Of a stretch of 5,041 nt of DNA, positions 1 to 5,041 are shown in pieces; the first letter of the stretch is position 1; each line of letters starts with the position of its first letter. The translations under genes and the position numbers were made by a program. The notes beneath the pieces are model-generated. The model was not told the DNA's origin. It was given only the letters and a program-made list of their open reading frames with translations, and searched no databases. Location: positions 1 through 5,041 of the forward strand of contig NW_021830297.1 of the NCBI RefSeq assembly GCF_006345805.1, read 5' to 3'. The DNA comes from Octopus sinensis. Taxonomy: Eukaryota.

Positions 1-73
1 CTGATTTGATGATGCAGCTTGGGATGCTGGTGATTTTCGTCTTCTTTCCCGTCACATTGTTTCCGTTTAACAG

Positions 74-460
74 TTGTTAATTGCTGGTACTATTCGAAGT
101 GGTGGTACTGGTGGGAGTGGGGATGATCACGGTGGTACTGGTTTTCGTTGTGGTGGTGGTGGTGCTGGTGCTGGTGTTGCTTGTGGTGGTGGTGCTGCTG
201 CTAGCAGTGGTAATGATTGTGGTACTGGATGTGGTGGTGGTGGTTGTGATGGTGGGGATTGTTGTATTCTTTGTTGTGGTGGTGGTGTTGGTTGCTGATA
301 TTGTTGTTGTTGTGCTGATGGTGCTGCTGCTGCATCTGCGGCTGCTGCTGCTGCTAAGTATGGTGGTAGTGGGGGGAGGTAAAGGTAGTGGTAATGATCG
401 TGATTGTGATGATGGTGGTGATGCTACTGGTGGCAGTGTTGGTGGTAGTTTTGATTGTGG
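74..460. repeat. Degenerate trinucleotide low-complexity tract (GGT/GAT/GCT/GTT)n
   Basis: Visible runs of ggt, gct and gtt. Translations are poly-Val/poly-Gly on + and poly-Thr/Pro/His/Gln on -, and every minus frame is interrupted by stops. Confidence 0.9.
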
Positions 461-532
461 TGCAGGTACTTGTGCTTAGGAAGACGACAAGATAGAAGAA
501 AGAGGAAGGTAAATAATATAAGGAGAGGTGCT

Positions 533-600
533 TGTGGTGGTGGTGGTGGTGGTGGTTGTGGTGGTGATGGTGGCGGCGGTGGTGGTGGTGGTGGTGGTTG
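533..600. repeat. (GGT)n microsatellite, near-perfect
   Basis: tgtggtggtggtggt...ggtggttg with a few ggc/gat/gtt variants. Confidence 0.95.
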
Positions 601-830
601 GGATAACGACGCCAGGCAGCAGGAAGAGAGGAGGAGCAAGAGGTTAAGGATGAGGACGCGGAGGAGGGGGAGATGCAGAAGTATTACATTAGGGCACACC
701 TGATCCGATCTGGCAGGGAAATACCTTGTACAACAACAAACTATAATTACATTGTCCATTTCTTTTATACGGACGACGGGGAGGTGGAACAGCAGCAAAA
801 TACAAAGCGAAAATATAAAAATCAAAATAA

Positions 831-862
831 CTGAAAAAAAAAATAGAAGACAGAAATAGGAA
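831..862 (-). other. Candidate 3' splice acceptor (polypyrimidine tract + CAG)
   Basis: The minus strand reads TTCCTATTTCTGTCTTCTATTTTTTTTTTCAG| with the CAG at 833-831, followed by ~230 nt of non-repetitive sequence. There is no transcript evidence. Confidence 0.3.
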
Positions 863-884
863 CACAATGAAAGGCCATTGATAG

Positions 885-966
885 ATACATACACACAGAC
901 GTATATGTGTGTATGTATATATGTGTATATATACATGTGTAATATATATGTGTGTATGTGTATGTG
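885..966. repeat. Mixed (CA)/(TG)/(TA) microsatellite
   Basis: Alternating purine-pyrimidine dinucleotides read directly. Confidence 0.9.
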
Positions 967-969
967 CAA

Positions 970-1101
970 GTTGTTGTTGGTGGTGGTGGTGGGTGGTGGT
1001 GATGGAAGAGAAGGAGAATGAAGAGGTGGTAGTGGTGGTGGTGGTGATGATGATGGTGGTGATGGTAGTGTTGTTGTTGGTGGTGGTAGTAGTAGTGGTT
1101 G
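970..1101. repeat. Degenerate (GGT/GAT/GTT/AGT)n trinucleotide tract
   Basis: Read directly; contains a short purine insert at ~1003-1025. Confidence 0.9.
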
Positions 1102-1467
1102 TAATATACATATATATTTATATATATGTGTGTGTGGTGTGTGTGTGTGTATATATGTGTATATATATTTCTGTGTGTATGTGTGTTTGTGCATGTGTGT
1201 ATATATGTAAGTGAATGTATGTATGTATATATATGTGTGTGTCTATGTATTTGTGTGTGTATGTGTGTGTTTGTGCATGTGAGTGTTTATACATATGTGA
1301 ATGTATGTATATATGTGAATATATATATATATATATATATGGGGGGGTGTATGCATATAAGTATGTATATATATATATGTTTGTGTGTGTGTATGCATAT
1401 CTGTATATATAATGTATAGTATATGTGCTGTGGGGGTGGGGTATGTACGTGTGTACATATATGTACA
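1102..1467. repeat. Compound (TA)n/(TG)n/(TATG)n microsatellite
   Basis: Read directly; it is the source of the Y/I/C/V/H/T-rich spurious ORFs. Confidence 0.95.
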
Positions 1468-1579
1468 TGGCCTTCATCAGTTTTAGACAATGACCTGATT
1501 ATTTGTACGTAGGAAAATTCCTCCACAAAACGCACGATTGATCTTTCTCAAAGAGCAGCATCTGCCCACACCAGACTCC

Positions 1580-1657
1580 TTACTCTCTCTCTCTCTCTCT
1601 TTCTCTTATTATTTCTTTCTTTTTCTCTCTCGTCCTCTTTCTTTCTCCCTCTCTTTT
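1580..1657. repeat. (CT)n / polypyrimidine tract
   Basis: ctctctctct...tttctttct...ctctttt. Confidence 0.9.
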
Positions 1658-1746
1658 TATGCCGCTCAATTGTTCCAACGTAAAAAGAAAGAAGCTGATA
1701 GCGTGTAGCATCAGGTCTGTCATAGCAGGTGTTAATTTGAAAAATG

Positions 1747-1815
1747 ACACACACGCGCACACACACACATACACACACATACACACACACATACACACAC
1801 ACTCACAAACACATA
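1747..1815. repeat. (CA)n microsatellite
   Basis: acacacacgcgcacacacacacatacacac... Confidence 0.95.
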
Positions 1816-1994
1816 CAGCTATCCCTCGCCATTCACGGTTCATCTATCGCGCACTCAGGACATCGCGGATTTTTCTGGCTAATATATGTAAATTTATATC
1901 GCGTACTCCTCAGAATATCGCGGGTTTTTTAGATTTTAATTATTTCTGTGGGAGATTTTGGAACGTAACACCCATGATAGTCGAGGAATTACAG
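1816..1994. mobile_element. Degenerate non-autonomous DNA transposon (MITE), Tc1/mariner superfamily, pogo/Tigger-like
   Basis: The left end is TA|CAGCTATCCCTCG (1814-1828) and the reverse-complemented right end is TA|CTGTAATTCCTCG (1996-1982), matching at 11/15 including the TA. TA flanks both sides, and CAGT..CCTCG is typical of pogo/Tigger TIRs. An internal direct repeat is present (1845-1874 / 1897-1930). Confidence 0.65.
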
Positions 1995-2000
1995 TATATA

Positions 2001-2180
2001 TTAGAGGAAAAATTAAAACCAAGGCGGAACGCGTATCTCAAGTCATTTAGAATATTTTAATTAGTGTAAGGTGAATGTAAAGTCTTACAGCCGTTTCGTT
2101 TCTGGGATAACCTAAGGGATAAGTTAACATGTCCGTGCAGTGGGTACTCCGTTATCAGAGACAAGGTATGAATATTTTAG
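2001..2180 (-). mobile_element. Probable Penelope-like element terminal-repeat fragment
   Basis: Minus-strand order is hammerhead-like motif, then ATTAAA (2061-2056), then a T-rich end abutting TATATA (1995-2000). The 5' boundary is uncertain and may extend through the minus-strand pyrimidine-rich stretch to ~2520. Confidence 0.5.
2082..2162 (-). ncRNA. Type I hammerhead ribozyme-like motif (probably degenerate in this copy)
   Basis: Minus strand: GTCT-CTGATAA-[49 nt]-GAAAC-GAAAC-GGCT-GTA^AGAC. Stem I is GTCT/AGAC, stem III is a minimal AC/GT, and the cleavage triplet is GUA. The core is CUGAUAA instead of CUGANGA. Confidence 0.6.
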
Positions 2181-2349
2181 ATGGAGAAAATTTACAGTTT
2201 ATGAGGAATAAAATGGAAGAAAAAAGAGTAAAAATAGTTAGAAGAATATACGCAGGATATATAGGGGTAGAGAAGACAAGGAAGAGAAGAGAGGGGTACA
2301 AACTAAAGCAACAGAAGGAAAGGACGTACGGACGAGAGGAAAGCAACAA

Positions 2350-2392
2350 GGACAGGCAGTCAGACTGACAGACAGGTAGACAGACAGAGAAG
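2350..2392. repeat. Degenerate (GACA)n tetranucleotide repeat within a purine-rich tract
   Basis: gacaggcagtcagactgacagacaggtagacagacagag. Confidence 0.7.
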
Positions 2393-2523
2393 ACAAGGAA
2401 AAAAGAAGATAATATATAAAAAGGCGGCTACTGTGTCGGTTTCTGTCCAGATTGGGGTTTCCTTCTTTACTGTCTCGATATATAATGAAGGTTGCAGAGA
2501 CGGAAAAAGTCCTATACACAAGT

Positions 2524-2647
2524 ACAGCAAAAATTGCGAGGATGATCCGGTTCTTGACTGAAGATTGAAGGCTTCGAATGTCCCGTCAGTGTTTTTTGTA
2601 TCGTCTTCTAAATGTTTTGCGTTCTTGTCCTAGTTTGTATTTTTTTA
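2524..2647 (+). mobile_element. Possible truncated interspersed-repeat 3' fragment
   Basis: Complex sequence ending in a GT/T-rich tail directly abutting (TA)n at 2648, the same layout as the neighbouring fragments. It resembles a cephalopod repeat from memory only. Confidence 0.3.
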
Positions 2648-2709
2648 CATATATATATATATATATATAGCGGCATAGTACCCTTTGTCTATTCATATAT
2701 ATATATATA
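2648..2709. repeat. Two (TA)n tracts (2648-2669, 2695-2709) separated by a 25-nt spacer
   Basis: Read directly. Confidence 0.9.
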
Positions 2710-2880
2710 GGGAGAATTCACAAAAAAAAAACGGAAGACGAAGACAGGTGGTGTAGACAACAAACAGATGTATTAGTATACCGCTCGGGAAGTGAAAAAG
2801 TCTTTAACGTGTCGAGCCTACGCTCTTCCACAGAAAGAAACATGGATAGAAAACAAAGAATGTGTAGTGGCTAGCGATCT
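2710..2880 (-). mobile_element. Short interspersed repeat, probable Penelope-like terminal-repeat derivative inserted in (TA)n
   Basis: A ~170-nt complex island bounded on both sides by TA-type microsatellite. The minus strand carries a hammerhead-like fold, then AATACA (2774-2769), then a GT/T-rich tail. Confidence 0.55.
2801..2838 (-). ncRNA. Minimal hammerhead-like fold with non-canonical core
   Basis: Minus strand: TCTTT-CTGTGGAA-GAGC(GTAG)GCTC-GACAC-GTT-AAAGA. Stem I is 5 bp and stem II is 4 bp with a tetraloop. Core boxes are in the hammerhead order but deviate from CUGANGA/GAAA. Confidence 0.4.
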
Positions 2881-3094
2881 ACATGCATATACACACATAT
2901 ATATAAATGTATATGCATATATATGTGTGCATGTATATATATGCAGATACATATACGTATGTATATTCATATACATATGTATAATACATATATATGTATG
3001 TATATGCATATACATATATACATACATGTACGTATATGCATATATATATATATATAACATATATACATACATGTATATGCATATACATATATAT

Positions 3095-3142
<48 letters not shown>

Positions 3143-3164
3143 ACATGTATGTATATGCATATAC

Positions 3165-3197
<33 letters not shown>

Positions 3198-3248
3198 ATA
3201 TATACATATATACATACATGTATGTATATGCATATACTTATATATATA
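2881..3248. repeat. Long compound (TA)n/(CATA)n/(TATG)n microsatellite
   Basis: About 370 nt of nearly uninterrupted purine-pyrimidine alternation. Confidence 0.95.
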
Positions 3249-3746
3249 TTGTGAAGTTTCTATTTTTCTTATTTTTCTGTGCTAAATAGATTAAAATATA
3301 AAATATTTTCAAATATCACTAACCAGAGGGGAGATGATATTTTTTATCTATTTTCTTGGAATTCTGTAAGAATCCCTTTACACACAGAATAATTCTTCTC
3401 TTTCCGAAAAGTACTTTTCCAGCTCTCTTGTATATAATAGCAATTTCATAAGTCGACTTTAAGCAACATTTTATTGCCCAGTTTTGAAATTTGAGTTCAC
3501 GTTTTGAAGAATTTAGAAAAACTTTATATGCTTGAAGTTAAAATATTCGTCGCCCTTACACTTTTCATAAATTTCTGGCATAAATTTAACCTAGTTTGTA
3601 GTTCATATTAACTTTAACGCTATATGTCTGATCAAATCATTCACAGCGTGGAAGACATAAGTAAGGTGTTAGACATCACACAAAGAAGTATGGCTTCGTT
3701 TAGACATTTATTTGGTGTCAAAAGATTTAAGTAAAATTAGCAATGT

Positions 3747-4148
3747 CTTTTCTTTCTTTTTTTCTTTTTACTTGTTTCAGTCATTTGACTGCGGCCATGC
3801 TGGAGCACCGCCTTTAGTCGAGCAACTCGACCCCGGGACTTATTCTTTTGTAAGCCCAGTACTTATTTTATCGGTCTTTTTTGCCGAACCGCTAAGTAAC
3901 GGGGGACATAAACACACCAGCATAGGTTGTCAAGCAATGCTGGGGGACAAACACACACACGCATATATATATATATACATATATACGACGGGCTTCTTTC
4001 AGTTTCCATCTACCAAATCCACTCACAAGGCTTTGGTCGGCCCGAGGCTATAGTAGAAGACACTTGCCCAAGGTGCCACGCAGTGGGACTGAACCCGGAT
4101 CCACGTGGCTGGTAAACAAGCTACTTACCACACAGCCACTCTTGCGCC
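3747..4148 (-). mobile_element. Apparently full-length tRNA-derived SINE (~400 bp) with CORE-like motif
   Basis: The minus strand starts GGCGCAAGAG. It has A-box-like TGGCTGTGTGG (4138-4128), B-box-like GGTTCAGTCCC (4095-4085), CCTTGGGCAAG (4073-4063, as in the MIR/CORE domain), an internal (TA)/(TG) microsatellite (~3950-3985) and an A-rich tail (3769-3747). It resembles octopus SINEs from memory. Confidence 0.88.
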
Positions 4149-4223
4149 TATGTGTGTGTATGTTTCTCTCTTTTTTCTTTTTTTTTTTAAGGGTTCATTT
4201 GTGCCTTCCTGCGGGGTTTAACC

Positions 4224-4303
4224 GTTACGGGTATTCGGCTCACGCTCGGAAAGTCGTAATTTCGATTCTTGGCTGTTCTGTGTCCTTGGGAAAGATATAT
4301 ATT
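4224..4303 (+). mobile_element. Degraded 5' fragment of a tRNA-derived SINE (same family as 4388-4560)
   Basis: aaagtcgtaatttcgattctt...tgtgtccttgggaaagata aligns by eye with aaggtcgtgatttcgattcct...tgtttccttgagcaagaca at 4400-4449. Confidence 0.6.
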
Positions 4304-4387
4304 TTTTTGTTATTTGGTGTGAAAAGGTTTAAGTAAAGTTAACAGTCTTTGTGTGTTTTTCAATGGTTAATATGGGCTTTCCCTCGT

Positions 4388-4560
4388 TGCTTAGTGGTTA
4401 AGGTCGTGATTTCGATTCCTACTGGTTCACTGTTTCCTTGAGCAAGACACTTTATTTCACGTAACTCCAGTTCACTCAGTTGGCAAAAATTCGGAGTAAC
4501 TGTCTTTCAAAGGGCCAACCTTATCATATTCCGTCTCACGCTAAATCTCTCCACAAATTA
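4388..4560 (+). mobile_element. Degraded tRNA-derived SINE with CORE/Meta-like motif
   Basis: A-box-like TGCTTAGTGG (4388-4397), B-box-like TTTCGATTCC (4410-4419) and CCTTGAGCAAGACACTT (from 4436). The 3' boundary is approximate. Confidence 0.65.
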
Positions 4561-4594
4561 TCCTGTTGCTTCAATAATAGTGCGTATGAAGCAA

Positions 4595-4825
4595 GGCGGC
4601 GAGCTGGCAGAATCGTTAGCACGCCGGGCGAAATGCGTAGCCGTATTTCGTCTGCCGTTATGTTCCGAGTTCAAATTCCGCCGAGGTCGACTTTGCCTTT
4701 CATCCTTTCGGGGTCGATAAATTAAGTACCAATTACGCACTGGGGTCGATGTAATCGACTTAATACCTATGTCGGTCCTTGTTTGTCCTCTCTGTGTTTA
4801 GCCCCTTGTGGGTAATAAAGAAACA
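4595..4825 (+). mobile_element. tRNA-derived SINE, first unit
   Basis: Starts GGCGGCGAGC, with A-box-like TGGCAGAATCG (4605-4615) and B-box GTTCAAATTCC (4669-4679). It is CpG-rich and ends in AATAAAGAAA. Confidence 0.85.
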
Positions 4826-4826
4826 G

Positions 4827-4980
4827 GTATTTCGTCTGAGTTCAAATTCCACCGAGGTCGACTTTGCCTTTCATCCTTTCGGGGTCGATAAATTAAGTAC
4901 CAGTTGCGTACTGGGATCGATATAATCGACTGGCTCCCTCCCCTAAAATTTCGGACTTTGTGCCTTAAGTAGAAAAGAAC
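4827..4980 (+). mobile_element. Second, 5'-truncated unit of the same SINE family with a different 3' tail
   Basis: 4839-4931 matches 4668-4760 at 87/93 positions. It lacks the A box and ends in AGAAAAGAA. Confidence 0.85.
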
Positions 4981-5041
4981 AATGGCTATGAAGCTGAAGG
5001 CGTATACTGAGCACTGGATTTGCAAACTCCTTATTAATGGG

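Noticed and set aside
74-703. Plus-strand Gly-rich and Val-rich ORFs (74-298, 81-479, 455-703)
   Set aside because: They are translations of (GGT)n repeats with non-ATG starts and no domain signal.
762-769. Minus-strand TATAAAAG TATA-like box
   Set aside because: It lies only a few nt from the ATG and downstream of a putative acceptor; expected by chance in AT-rich DNA.
885-918. Perfect 13-bp inverted repeat ATACATACACACA / TGTGTGTATGTAT
   Set aside because: It arises from a polarity flip within a microsatellite; low complexity.
1469-1486. Minus-strand CTGATGA (1480-1474), a perfect hammerhead first box
   Set aside because: No downstream stem II or GAAA box; it runs straight into microsatellite.
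909-1535. Multiple overlapping Y/I/C/V/H/T-rich ORFs
   Set aside because: Dinucleotide repeats lack stop codons in several frames, so these are artefacts.
2555-2590. Plus-strand CTGAAGA...CGAATGTC hammerhead-like words
   Set aside because: No GAAA box, and stems I and II cannot be closed convincingly.
2792-3219. Tyr/Ile-rich ORFs on both strands
   Set aside because: They are translations of the (TA)n tract.
4075-4148. Possible tRNA gene (A and B boxes); likewise at 4595-4685
   Set aside because: It continues into SINE body and tail with no canonical cloverleaf or nearby oligo-T terminator, so it is a SINE head.
3743-4153. ATGT on both sides of the minus-strand SINE as a target-site duplication
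   Set aside because: Only 4 bp, too short to distinguish from chance.
4668-4931. Direct repeat as a CRISPR array or LTR pair
   Set aside because: Only two 93-nt units in a eukaryotic SINE context, with no spacers, cas genes or TG...CA LTR ends.
3712-5025. ORFs of 60-113 aa, including two with a shared RNWYLIYRPRKDERQSRPR peptide
   Set aside because: They lie within SINEs. The shared peptide reflects the duplicated SINE unit, not gene paralogy.

Overview
Non-coding, repeat-dense eukaryotic (animal) DNA with no convincing protein-coding gene. Most listed ORFs are artefacts of microsatellites or SINEs. Bases 1-1800 are mostly degenerate (GGT)n, (TG/TA)n, (CT)n and (CA)n repeats. These are followed by a ~180-bp TA-flanked Tigger/pogo-like MITE (1816-1994) and by short repeat fragments that abut (TA)n tracts. 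Two of those fragments carry minus-strand type I hammerhead-ribozyme-like folds typical of Penelope-like retroelement terminal repeats (2082-2162, 2801-2838). After a long (TA/CATA)n tract comes a cluster of tRNA-derived SINEs from three families (3747-4980). From memory the SINEs resemble octopus/cephalopod families; I could not verify this. The most interesting signals are the two hammerhead-like motifs with non-canonical cores and the modules shared between the SINE families. I see no solid evidence for a wholly new system.
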